Assembly (NCBI GenBank): GCA_000146045.2
Contig: BK006942.2
Coordinates: 192,001-256,000, forward strand
Origin: TPA_inf: Saccharomyces
Lineage: Eukaryota
Direction: 5' to 3'
DNA: 64,000 nt
This document shows positions 52,657 through 63,114 of this stretch, piece by piece (within the stretch, counting starts at the first letter, position 1; every line of letters starts with the position of its first letter). The notes beneath the pieces were generated by a model. It did no database searches. It had not been told where the DNA came from and saw nothing but the letters and a program-made list of their open reading frames with translations. The position numbers were made by a program, and so were the translations under genes.

Positions 52657-53559
52657 TCAATAGTCGGGCGCTTCTTTGGGAGCTGGTTGAGACTCTCGAG
52701 TCCGTGAGTTTCTAGATTTATATACAGAAGTAACAGCAGCAGTAGGAGTGGCGGCGGAGAGCAATGGCCTGTTTCCACGGTACCTCGCGTCCAATGTGGA
52801 ACTGCCGTATCTATCAGCGCTATATGCGGAGGAAGAAGTTTCCCTGCGTGGCAGCCTGGGAGCATAATTTCTTTCGGCGGGATTTGATGTACTTGCGCTT
52901 GCAAACCTTCCTGGAAGCCTGCTGTCTCTGTTGGAATAGCCTCTGCCTCCTAGGCCGCCGCCCAATCTTCTTGGCTTGAAATATTTAACGGTTCTGCCTC
53001 TTTCTATGTCGACTATGCAGATTCTGTCTTTGATTTGGATACCTCTGTGTACTCCAATCTCCTTGAATGCCATTTTACTACTTATTGGGTCTTTGAAAAC
53101 TATGAAGGCGTAGCCTTTACTCTTCTGGGTTATCTTGTCCTTGACTATCCTAATTTTTTCGATCTCGCCAAACTTAACAAAATACTTTTGCAGTTCAATT
53201 TCGTCAAGATCGTATGGTAGCCTCCCAATAAATATCGTTCTGTAGGGATCTGTGTCCTTGATATGAGGGTCAACGTTAGGATTCCAATTTTGTAGTCTCC
53301 GGTCTAACAATTGAGCATTTTTGATCTTGGAAAGTTTGATGTCTTCGTATCTTTGGAGATGGTTGTTTGGAGATCCTTCAGGAAACTCCTCCATATAGTG
53401 CTTCAAAGAGGTTGATAGTAAGTTTGCAACGCCAGTGATATTTGGATTTGTTTGTCTCTTCGCATATGGGTAATCGGTTGGTCTTTTGTAAGATAAAGGT
53501 GGCCTTGGCTTGAAAAGTCTCGACACGTCGTCTGGATACTTGGATAGATTATAATTCAT
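52657..53559 (-). CDS. SNP1: U1 snRNP 70K protein (RRM), 300 aa
   Basis: U1-70K N-terminal region plus RRM with RNP2 IFIGRL and RNP1 KGYAFIVF, and an RG/RS-like basic tail. 300 aa from the second ATG matches SNP1 (YIL061C). Confidence 0.85.
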   Translation of the reverse strand: MNYNLSKYPDDVSRLFKPRPPLSYKRPTDYPYAKRQTNPNITGVANLLSTSLKHYMEEFPEGSPNNHLQRYEDIKLSKIKNAQLLDRRLQNWNPNVDPHIKDTDPYRTIFIGRLPYDLDEIELQKYFVKFGEIEKIRIVKDKITQKSKGYAFIVFKDPISSKMAFKEIGVHRGIQIKDRICIVDIERGRTVKYFKPRRLGGGLGGRGYSNRDSRLPGRFASASTSNPAERNYAPRLPRRETSSSAYSADRYGSSTLDARYRGNRPLLSAATPTAAVTSVYKSRNSRTRESQPAPKEAPDY

Positions 53560-54180
53560 CAAGGTTGAGGTGCCGATTACTTTTTTAAGGTTTCCTTTCG
53601 ACAGTCGATGACCGTGCTGTGTGTCATTATCTTGCAGTTCTTTTTTTCTTCAGATGCGTTAATTTCCTACGAAGGGCGCATACAATGGTGCTGATGGGAT
53701 TTATGAGCAAAACAAGTAGGCGAGCAAGACATGAACGAAATTGTAATGAAGCGTACTTCCTTTTCCCTACAACCTTAAAAAGGTCTCACTGATATATCCA
53801 TTCGCAATAATGACAAGATTTTTGCATGGGACTTCTTTTTTTCTTTTGAATAAGTCGCGTTATAAGGACAAAACATTAAAAAAAAATATGTATTGATTCA
53901 CTGATTTATATATACAGAAGTAAGTACCGGGGTACCTAAATATACGCATAAAAGTCTCTTTCTTTTTTTTTTTTTTTTTTTTAGCTTCCTACATTTCGTT
54001 AATAATATTATATAGATTATATTTATATTTAAGAAAAGTAATATCAGCATATTATGAATAGACAAAAAAGTCTAAGGTCAAGATTTATTAAATGTTAGAT
54101 TATTAAGATTACAATTAACAACATTTGTTGTTACTTCATAAAATTTCGTTACTTCATAAAAGAACTACAGTCCCCCACTT

Positions 54181-54219
54181 CTAAATGAGTGGTTGTAGGG
54201 GTTCATATACCTCCCATAC
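54181..54219 (-). pseudogene. Relic of the last 12 codons plus stop of an RGI2-like gene (VWEVYEPLQPLI*), part of a diverged duplicate of the RGI2 3' region
   Basis: The reverse complement GTATGGGAGGTATATGAACCCCTACAACCACTCATTTAG translates to ...EPLQPLI-stop, matching the Rgi2 C-terminus (...DVDYKTEPLQPLI*). Of the 600 bp below it, 53590-54180 aligns with the region 3' of RGI2 at 55430-55900. Confidence 0.55.
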
Positions 54220-54552
54220 TGTTGGAATAAAAATCAACTATCATCTACTAACTAGTATTTACGTTACTAGTATATTATCATATACGGTGTTAGAAGATGA
54301 CGCAAATGATGAGAAATAGTCATCTAAATTAGTGGAAGCTGAAACGCAAGGATTGATAATGTAATAGGATCAATGAATATTAACATATAAAATGATGATA
54401 ATAATATTTATAGAATTGTGTAGAATTGCAGATTCCCTTTTATGGATTCCTAAATCCTCGAGGAGAACTTCTAGTACATTCTACATACCTAATATTATTG
54501 CCTTATTAAAAATGGAATCCCAACAATTATCTCAAAATTCACCAACTCTTCA
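54220..54552 (+). repeat. Solo Ty1 delta LTR (333 bp) with a perfect 5-bp target-site duplication CATAC
   Basis: TGTTGGAATAAAAATCAACTATCATCTACTAACTAG...GAGGAGAACTTCTAG...AATGGAATCCCAACAATTATCTCAAAATTCACCAACTCTTCA. CATAC lies at 54215-54219 and 54553-54557. It contains the Ty1 TYA initiation codon (MESQQLSQ...). Confidence 0.9.
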
Positions 54553-54826
54553 CATACATACCTGCGGTAGCAAGATAGGTACACTTTTTCTACGTTTCAC
54601 GAAGGTAGCGATAGGTACCTCACTCATTGTAGGTGCGGGGGTAGCGATGGAGGTTTCTGTACCATTACCACCACAGCCACTATACTCACGTAGTGAAGTC
54701 CCTAGCGTGGAATTGTGTGGTATCGTTGCTATCTGTCGTTCGCCACCCTCGGTATATCCAACGTGCAGGCCAATATCACTCTCTAAGAAAATCGTATCAG
54801 GATTGGTACGGACAAACTCTTCATAG
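54392..54826 (+). CDS. Small ORF (144 aa) initiating inside the solo delta LTR and reading out into flanking DNA. Corresponds to YIL060W (reported mitochondrial protein of unknown function)
   Basis: The ORF begins at 54392 within the delta and includes the Ty1 Gag start [17 protein letters not shown] at 54512. The remainder is non-Ty sequence. 144 aa matches YIL060W. Confidence 0.45.
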
Positions 54827-55901
54827 CCTACGTCGAAATCAAATTCTGCTAAAGCTGTGACTGTAGTTAAACCTAAAACCGCGATTATTGCTTGAAAAAC
54901 TGTGGAGAAATTCATGATGGACGGTCACGTTCAGGGTCTGAGAAAACCACTCATTCCTATGTCCCATGTGGTTGGTTGCAATTTGCTGCTATATATACGA
55001 CTTGGCTGTAGAGAGATCTACGTAGGATGTGTCCACTATCAAGGGGGGTTTACCAACGTTATCTTCTATTTTAAGTGCTCAAATGAAGGTTGCATTATAT
55101 CCCTGGCAGTTTTCCCGGCAATTTTGCCGGCCGCTTATAATAGTCATGGTGAAAGGATTGTTGCTTGTTGTGGTTGCAACATGACAGTTGCCTACTAACT
55201 AAATAATAATCAAAGTCAGTTTCTCAACAATGGAAAACCTGTTGTGACCTTATCGAAGTAACAACATCGTATAATAATTAATCTGGAAAAAATACCATAG
55301 TTACTGCCGATACAGGTCTACGTGACTTACTGACAAACAGACTGAGTGACTACGAGTCCAGAAATTTAGTATACCATATTGTCGCTTCTTCTTATAGCCC
55401 AGCTCCAGGTCTGGATACGGTTCTGTATAACTCGTTAAGGTTTAAGTGTCCGGCAATTTTTTTGAAGTTTCATTTCTTCACTCGATGACCAAGCCGTGTG
55501 CCATCTTTTCGTTTTCTTTTTTTTCAATGTGTTTAATTATCTACAAAGAGGGCACACACAATAGAGCTGATGAGAACCCATGAGCGAAACAAGTAGAAAA
55601 GCAAGACGTAAACGGAATCATGGTGGTGTGTACATTTCTCTTTTTTTATTACACCAAGAAAGCTTAATTGGTACGTATTGTTCGTGATAGTAGCATGAAT
55701 CTAGCGTGGAATTCTTTTATTTAAGGTCGCGTTGTGACGACAAAACATTAAAAAAACCACATGTGTTGATTTGTAGACTTGTATACACTCCAGTAAGAAG
55801 GTGCACACCAAAATACATGCGCATATAAATTATTTTATATAGCATGCTATATTTCGTAAATTCATAAAATTTCGTTAATTCATAAAAACAGCTCCCCAAA
55901 C

Positions 55902-56396
55902 TTAGATGAGTGGCTGCAAGGGTTCTGTCTTGTAATCAACATCTACCATTGCGCCATCGTGTTTACATACAACTTCGACAGACACCTTGAATTTCTTGGC
56001 GTTCAACTCCGTTTCTTCGCCATAATTCCAAACAATCCGGTCAAAGGATTCCTGCTTTTTCTTATCGTGGAATTTCAATTCTGGCTTGTTGATAGCGGTT
56101 TTGATGTCCTTTAGCAGGTGCTTCTCAACATGCTGGTGTAAATGGCGAACAAACTTCTTAGAGTGCGAATTGGCAGTCTCTTTGATCTTTTCCGGATCAT
56201 CATGCGCATCATGCAGGACAAAGGGTGGATAGTACTTCAGTTGGCAATGGACATGGTCGAACTCTTGATCTTCCGTCTCACCCTTTAAATATGTTTCAAA
56301 ATCATGCAAATCCTCAAAAACCTTTAAGGACTCACCACTTTTTGTAGTGATGGTGGACATCTTAGGACCCTTTGCTTTCTTATCCTTTTTCGTCAT
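55902..56396 (-). CDS. RGI2: Respiratory-growth-induced protein, 164 aa
   Basis: 164-aa ORF MTKKDKKAKGPKMSTITTKSGESLKVFEDLHDFETYLKGETEDQEF...KTEPLQPLI. Length and sequence match RGI2 (YIL057C). Confidence 0.85.
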   Translation of the reverse strand: MTKKDKKAKGPKMSTITTKSGESLKVFEDLHDFETYLKGETEDQEFDHVHCQLKYYPPFVLHDAHDDPEKIKETANSHSKKFVRHLHQHVEKHLLKDIKTAINKPELKFHDKKKQESFDRIVWNYGEETELNAKKFKVSVEVVCKHDGAMVDVDYKTEPLQPLI

Positions 56397-56849
56397 TCTT
56401 ATTATTTAAAATACTTTGTTATATACTGTACGTTGTTTCGTTTGCACTTAATCGTGTTTCGACAGATAGGTGAATCAAGATCTACCTTTACGCGAAAGAT
56501 ACGAAGAATTGAGAAGGAGGTGCAAGGGAAAAGGGCAATAGAGGATTGGGACAGCCGATGCTTATATACGGACGATTGCCAACCGCCGAAAAGGTTCAAG
56601 CCAAGAACAAAAAGTAGAGAGAATACCCCAACAATAGCATTTGATGGCTAAACGGCAGTGCCCGTTAATACTATTCAAATTATACCCCGCATTAATAATT
56701 CCTGTCCCTTTAGTCTCGTCCTTCAGCCGTATAGCCGCAAAACTTCGTTCAATGATTTCATGCCATCATTACACCGCGAGTCGTGGGTGCATTGTAGTTT
56801 ATTACGAAAAGTATCTACAATACTTGCTTAAATAACCTACATTGTTTTA

Positions 56850-56931
56850 GGCACTATGGCCGAGTGGTTAAGGCGACAGACTTGAAATCTGTTGGGCTCT
56901 GCCCGCGCTGGTTCAAATCCTGCTGGTGTCG
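56850..56931 (+). tRNA. tS(UGA): tRNA-Ser, anticodon UGA, 82 nt, long variable arm
   Basis: GGCACTATGGCCGAGTGGTTAAGGCGACAGACTTGAAATCTGTTGGGCTCTGCCCGCGCTGGTTCAAATCCTGCTGGTGTCG. Anticodon loop CTTGAAA (TGA), a type II variable arm, and a TTATTTTTTTATTTTT terminator. Confidence 0.9.
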
Positions 56932-57990
56932 TTATTTTTTTATTTTTATTTTTTTTTTATCGCTTACTGATTATCAGATATCTTCGACAGCCTCACACAG
57001 ATTGGTGATCACGCACCCATAATCATTTCTTCGGGCATGCTCCTATTAGCCACGGTTCGCAGAATAATCTGCGCGATGTTATTCACCAAGACCGTGGAGT
57101 CTCCTTTTCGGTGGGATCCGCTTATATCCGTATGCGTCGGTTGCTTTCTCGGGGAAAGGAAAAGGAGAAAGCCCGGATAACACGACACAAGAGTCATTCG
57201 TTATGCACGGACACAGGGAATCGTGCGGAGCCGGGGATAAGAGGCCGTGCTAATTTCCGCGGAACATCGGAATGCAGTGGACAAGTGCCCTGAGAACAAG
57301 CGGCGGGCGGGTAGCTGCCACGGAATAGGCGCCACGTTTCCGTGGGTGACTATGACTTTTGATCGATTCCATGTTGTTTTGCCCTGAATTCTGCGCCCCT
57401 CGGAGAAGTTTCTTTTCTTTTTTATCTCTTTTTCATCTCTGACCTTCGTTTCCTTTCATATAGACTACGCAGCAGAATCATGGCAGGAGCTATTAGCTGA
57501 GTGGGCAGATTACGTTTGCGCACTGTGCATTGTGACAGATTATATTTGCTTCGCTTCTCCCTCTTACTTCTTCAGCATAAGTGTAAGCCATATGTTCCCT
57601 GAAATCTTTCTACCGTCGTCTTCTCTTTTTTTTTTTTTTACTATAAATCAATGTGCTCTCTTCCATGATTCTTGCCTTTTGGATCTTCGGTACTTGTGTG
57701 GGTGAGAATGGTGTTATTGAGTCAATTCAGGTCAGCTTGGTTCAGTTCTAATCTAGCCCTTTCCCTACTATACAAATACTACTAGCCTTTTTTTTTCTCT
57801 CTCTTTCTCTATACCACTACCTCTTCCTCTTCCTTTTTTTTCTCTTCTTTTTCTATTGTCCCCATCGCATCTTAGCATAAACGCATCCGCATTCCCTTCC
57901 TACATTTTTCTTTTCTACTAGTTATAGCTTTAAAACCTTCTTTATTCTCTTTCTACCTATTCTTCTTCGTTGCTTATATCCTATACACAT

Positions 57991-59913
57991 ATGAACGGTC
58001 CTCCAACATTCACTCAATATAGAATAAATAAGTTTTCTGGGAATGGAGCAACTCATAAGATTAGAGAATTACTCAATTTTAATGATGAAAAGAAATGGAA
58101 ACAGTTTTCGAGCAGAAGGCTGGAGCTGATAGACAAATTCCAACTAAGTCAATATAAGGCAAGCGAACAAGATCAAAACATAAAGCAGATTGCTACAATA
58201 TTAAGAACGGAGTTTGGATACCCTGTAAGCTGCTCTAAGGAATTCGAAAAGTTAGTCACTGCTGCTGTGCAATCAGTGAGAAGGAATAGAAAACGATCAA
58301 AAAAACGCTACGCTCTCAGCATAGCCAATGGCAGTGGCGGCAATGTCAACAACAGCATCTCGTCAAATTCTACTTCTGACGACGAGATCTCTCCGTCGAT
58401 CTACCAGCGCTCCAATTCGGACTTCCTGCCTAGTTCTAATTATGCTGCAGATTTCCAGTTTTCAAACAAGTTCCAGCCTCTCATGAGTCACCAGAGTCAT
58501 AACGGAACCATTTTTCCAACCGTGGGCACCCAAAATGACTCATCTCCATCGGTTACTTCGACCCAACAAAAGTATAACGATATAGTCACCATGCTAGTGC
58601 ACGATCTTGTTACGAATGTCGTACCCCTATCAGAACAAGCTCTCAAGGACCCATATACTGGGCCAAACCTGTCACATTTTGCTACGTCTTCACTCAGCCA
58701 GCAACCTAACATTACCACAAACATCCCGATAGATTCTACCGTGCCATTTTTCCTGAGGGAAAAGTTACTCCTACAAATCCAAAGATCAAGAACTTGTCAG
58801 GACATTTCGCAGGCTGCAGGATCCATTGATATATACGCAAATCTGGAGATTTTGGGTGAAATGTCAATCCGAATGTCTATTGCATTCGTTATCGAACGAT
58901 TTTTCTCCAACTTGGTCTCTTCTTCAATGAAGTATATCACTGCCAAGACGTGCTCTCCTGAAAATCTGGCTTTGTTGTCTCAAAGACTGTTCGGTGCCGC
59001 TACAAGACATAACTTATCTCATTTCCCCGCGGCTCAGGTACAACTAAGGCTACTGTATTTGGTCATAGGTGGTATTGTCAAGGATTTTGGCTTCGACCCC
59101 ACGCTTTACCCTTTAAGTGAAATCATACATCATATTGTGATGGTTCAGTATCCTTTGGCTAGTTCCTGTGCGTCAGAACCACCATCATCTTCACCTAACA
59201 AGAGGGTTAAGAGAAGCCCTCCTGTCGTTTCAAGTGACGTTATGTTGAATAATAATAACACTCTATCGAATAGAGCTACACTTTTAACTACGCTACCAAT
59301 GAAGCCTCAATCGGCCAATAAAGATGTTAATCGCAGAGTGATCATTAGATTTAATGATCGCGAGCAAGCCTTTACTTTCCACCAGTTGAGCAATGGACCA
59401 CCCACGGTGTCTGAAGTTTTGGAAAACTGTAAAAATTTATTTAATATTATCAACAAGAACAAGAATTTTGGTATTTTCCATAACGATAACCTCTTGAACG
59501 ATGAAAGTTTGGCAAAGTTATTTGATTCCTTTTCCACGAGCGAGATTCATCTCGTAATTAAGGACATTTCCACCATTCCACTACAAGATGCAAAAATACC
59601 AGTGCCCATTACGTTGCCCAAAATGTCATGCATAGGTGAAAACCCCTCTATGCCTTCTATTCCATTGGTACCACAAGAAAAAGATGATCCAAAAAAATCA
59701 AGCTTAACTGCCTTTGATAACATCCTTAATAGGATCTCTAAATCGCCAATGAATGAAGAAAATAGCAACACTACTTTAAACACTGGCACCTCCACCTCCA
59801 ACACAAATAATAATGACCACAACGAGTCTGTGCCAGCGCCATACGTTACAAAGAACAAAAATTCTTTTCAAAATGGCAATTTACCACAGCCGGTTTTCCA
59901 GCCTTTACTTTGA
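57991..59913 (+). CDS. VHR1: Transcription factor (biotin/vitamin-H response), 640 aa from the internal ATG
   Basis: Starting at MNGPPTFTQYRINKFSGNGATHKIRELLNF gives 640 aa with an N-terminal DNA-binding region and S/N-rich low-complexity segments. This matches VHR1 (YIL056W). Confidence 0.8.
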   Translation: MNGPPTFTQYRINKFSGNGATHKIRELLNFNDEKKWKQFSSRRLELIDKFQLSQYKASEQDQNIKQIATILRTEFGYPVSCSKEFEKLVTAAVQSVRRNRKRSKKRYALSIANGSGGNVNNSISSNSTSDDEISPSIYQRSNSDFLPSSNYAADFQFSNKFQPLMSHQSHNGTIFPTVGTQNDSSPSVTSTQQKYNDIVTMLVHDLVTNVVPLSEQALKDPYTGPNLSHFATSSLSQQPNITTNIPIDSTVPFFLREKLLLQIQRSRTCQDISQAAGSIDIYANLEILGEMSIRMSIAFVIERFFSNLVSSSMKYITAKTCSPENLALLSQRLFGAATRHNLSHFPAAQVQLRLLYLVIGGIVKDFGFDPTLYPLSEIIHHIVMVQYPLASSCASEPPSSSPNKRVKRSPPVVSSDVMLNNNNTLSNRATLLTTLPMKPQSANKDVNRRVIIRFNDREQAFTFHQLSNGPPTVSEVLENCKNLFNIINKNKNFGIFHNDNLLNDESLAKLFDSFSTSEIHLVIKDISTIPLQDAKIPVPITLPKMSCIGENPSMPSIPLVPQEKDDPKKSSLTAFDNILNRISKSPMNEENSNTTLNTGTSTSNTNNNDHNESVPAPYVTKNKNSFQNGNLPQPVFQPLL

Positions 59914-60041
59914 TAAAAATACAAAACAAAATTGTCTACATACATAACTGCCTAATACACATTCTACACAATATTTTTTTCTTTTTCAATTCGCGTACAT
60001 ATTTATGTAAGATAAAATAATAATATCCTCTTAATCCATGC

Positions 60042-61925
60042 TTAGAACTGCTGCCGTTGATTTTCAAATTCATCCTCGTCAAATGGTGGCAGTTCCATTA
60101 CATGAATTTTGTACCCCAGTGAATATTCCTGGTCTTGTAAGGATTCGAACGTCAAATCAGACAGCTCTTTATCGTGGAACCCAACAATGGCATTATACAC
60201 AATTGTGCTAACTTTAAAGTATTTCGCCTTGCTATCACCTTCGGAGTCAGAGACGTTTCCACTTTGTGCAAAAGTAGTTGGCAAATTTCTATTAAACTCC
60301 TCTAATTCATCTTCCGGTAATTCAAACCTCAGTAGAGTTGCTTCTTCATGATCTTCATAAACCCCTACATAGAATTCCCTTGTATTATTGATAGATGTTC
60401 GAGGTCCGCCATTTGTGTATGTGCTATTATTTGCACTCCCGTTGGTGTTCTCATTTTCTGATATCTTTAGAGCGTCCATAGATTCATTGAGTAAAGATGC
60501 TTCGTTTTGTTGCTGTAGAAACTGTCTTTCCTGTAGTCTTAATAGCTTGGGGCATTTCAGTTTTATAAAATCTTTTAGAACTGTCCATCTTAGCCTTCCA
60601 AATTTTTCCAATTGTCCTTTCTCTTTAATTTCAATAACTGTGAACTTCTCTTGGTTCATTAACTCATTGAAATCAGACTCTGATAATTTCTCCAAGAATT
60701 CTATAGGTATATAGGGTGGGAAATTTATGATCTTCAGCTGCCACATACCTCTATTCGTCATTTGTTTTCTAAAGCTTTTCTCGTTAAAGATATGCTTTAA
60801 TCTTTTGTGATTTATTTGAGTTTGTGAAGGTGTAATTGTTCCACCATTCTTTGCTTGGAGGGCACGGTCATCACCATTCGTACTTGTAGTGGGAATATTA
60901 CCATTATTATTGGAATTTGAGGCCATGTTCAAGTTGTAAAGGGCAGATATTTCGTTATAAGAGGGATTTATCTTATTGTTCCTTAAGGAGAGGTGATGCT
61001 GCTGAGAAAGACGAGGGCCTGTGCCAGTATCTGGATTCCTGGGGCTATTATGCATGTATTTTTGAAACTGGCTTTGGTTCTGGTGATAGAAATGCCGACG
61101 ACGGGGATAGTGTGTAGGGGAAGCAAGTGGACCACCAGCAGTAGCAGCAGCTGTTGGTGAAGGTAGAGTAGTTTGATAGGGCATCTGCATATTAGGTACC
61201 GTTCCCGGAGGAGCACCCAACATAGGTAGCATCGAAGTCGAAAATGGACCATGAGGCGGGGGAGCAAGAGGTGGCACACCAACAGGTACGGGAACAGGCG
61301 TGGGCAATGGCGTTATGTTCTCATTCTTTCGAAGGCTCACTTCAGGAGAAAAACTGAAAAATTGAGAAGGTGGGGTAGAAGCGGATGGTGGCTGCGGTGT
61401 CACAGATGAAACATGGCTTGCATATCGAGGAGAAATAGATCTTTTAGTTTCATCGGGAGCACTCCGGACGTCATTGTTGCTATCACTGATTTCTGGATAT
61501 CGCAGTGAAGGAGAATCATTAGTGTACGGCAACAGGTAAACGAACAGATCATGATAATCCCATTGGTAGGTGTTCAAAGTAAGTAGTAAGTTTTCCAGGG
61601 ACTCGTTATCTATCGAGTTCTTCAGAATGACAATGCAACTCTGAAAAGTAATAAAAGGAGGAACCATGGAAGTCATTGGAGGCAGCATTTTCACCTGTAA
61701 AATATTGGTATGGTATATGATTCCGCCTATCAAATATTTTACCTGGGCCCAAGTCTTGCCCGGAGGGAGATTATCAATCCTTATGGGAATACCATTTGAC
61801 TGCGAGTACGTCTTTTTCCTAGGAGCAGCTTTTGTGCTTGCTGTTGAGCTTTCGGTCGCAGAACGGGCAACAAAGGCACTGGCTGAAGCAGCCGACTTGG
61901 CACTATAGTGTGGTTCTAGAGTCAT
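60042..61925 (-). CDS. Uncharacterised low-complexity (P/S/T/N/Q-rich) protein, 627 aa
   Basis: 627-aa ORF with long proline-rich and asparagine-rich tracts (PLPTPVPVPVGVPPLAPPPHGPF..., NSNNNGNIPTT). Length and position fit YIL055C. Confidence 0.7.
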   Translation of the reverse strand: MTLEPHYSAKSAASASAFVARSATESSTASTKAAPRKKTYSQSNGIPIRIDNLPPGKTWAQVKYLIGGIIYHTNILQVKMLPPMTSMVPPFITFQSCIVILKNSIDNESLENLLLTLNTYQWDYHDLFVYLLPYTNDSPSLRYPEISDSNNDVRSAPDETKRSISPRYASHVSSVTPQPPSASTPPSQFFSFSPEVSLRKNENITPLPTPVPVPVGVPPLAPPPHGPFSTSMLPMLGAPPGTVPNMQMPYQTTLPSPTAAATAGGPLASPTHYPRRRHFYHQNQSQFQKYMHNSPRNPDTGTGPRLSQQHHLSLRNNKINPSYNEISALYNLNMASNSNNNGNIPTTSTNGDDRALQAKNGGTITPSQTQINHKRLKHIFNEKSFRKQMTNRGMWQLKIINFPPYIPIEFLEKLSESDFNELMNQEKFTVIEIKEKGQLEKFGRLRWTVLKDFIKLKCPKLLRLQERQFLQQQNEASLLNESMDALKISENENTNGSANNSTYTNGGPRTSINNTREFYVGVYEDHEEATLLRFELPEDELEEFNRNLPTTFAQSGNVSDSEGDSKAKYFKVSTIVYNAIVGFHDKELSDLTFESLQDQEYSLGYKIHVMELPPFDEDEFENQRQQF

Positions 61926-62542
61926 TATAAAGCAAGCGTATTGTAAGGAGAGACAGCAAACTCTCGTGTATCAGCCAACTGAACTGGAGGCCAAGACCAA
62001 TCTAAAAAAAAAAAAAAATGAAAGAAACAAGTGTGGGAGGAAGTCTTGTTAACTTAACAGTTAAGCAAGCGTAAAAACCTTTAGGAAAGCGCACGAAAGA
62101 AGGCCAACATTACGACTATGGAATAATACAATGCACACAAACAAAAGGTAACATTTGAAAAATGGAGTAGAGAATATATTCCATTCCCCTAATTTTTTGC
62201 GGGTCTTCCAGGGCTGCGAACCCATCGCTCAAAACAAGCGCAGTGTCAATTAAGACATCATTGAACTAAAACGGAAAATTTGCTTGCGCCACACACCCTG
62301 GTCAATCGTACCAAGGGATATCACTCTGTACGGGTGGGAGGAAGGCGCGGCAATTAGAATGTGTGGGTGCGGAAGCTCGCCGCTCCCATCAAGAGAGTGG
62401 AAGACGTATGGTCTGGGTGCGAAGTACCACCACGTTTCTTTTTCATCTCTTAAGTGGGATTCTTACGAAACACGTCACAGGGTCAAAAGAAAGAGAACAA
62501 AAGCAATATTGTAATTGTCTCAGTCCACGGCAATGACATGGC

Positions 62543-62860
62543 ATGGCCCCGAAGGCTTTTTTTGTCTGTCTTCCTTGGGTCTTACCCCGCCACGCGTTAA
62601 TAGTGAGACAAGCAGGAAATCCGTATCATTTTCTCGCATACACGAACCCGCGTGCGCCTGGTAAATTGCAGGATTCTCATTGTCCGGTTTTCTTTATGGG
62701 AATAATCATCATCACCATTATCACTGTTACTCTTGCGATCATCATCATTAACATAATTTTTTTAACGCTGTTTGATGATGGTATGTGCTTTTATTGTTCC
62801 TTACTCACCTTTTCCTTTGTGTCTTTTAATTTTGACCATTTTGACCATTTTGACCTTTGA
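62543..62860 (+). CDS. Small hypothetical ORF, 105 aa. Corresponds to YIL054W. Weak coding evidence
   Basis: Hydrophobic 105-aa ORF in a low-complexity intergenic region. Supported only by the ORF and a length match to the annotated YIL054W. Confidence 0.3.
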   Translation: MAPKAFFVCLPWVLPRHALIVRQAGNPYHFLAYTNPRAPGKLQDSHCPVFFMGIIIITIITVTLAIIIINIIFLTLFDDGMCFYCSLLTFSFVSFNFDHFDHFDL

Positions 62861-63114
62861 TGATGTGTGAGTTCCTCTTTTCTTTTTTTCTTTTCTTTTT
62901 TCCTTTTTTTTTCTTTTCTTACTCTGTTAATCACTTTCTTTCCTTTTTGTTCATATTGTCGTCTTGTTCATTTTCGTTCAATTGATAATGTATATAAATC
63001 TTTCGTAAGTATCTCTTGATTGCCATTTTTTTCTTTCCAAGTTTCCTTGTTATGAAACGTTTCAATGTTTTAAAATATATCAGAACAACAAAAGCAAATA
63101 TACAAACCATCGCA

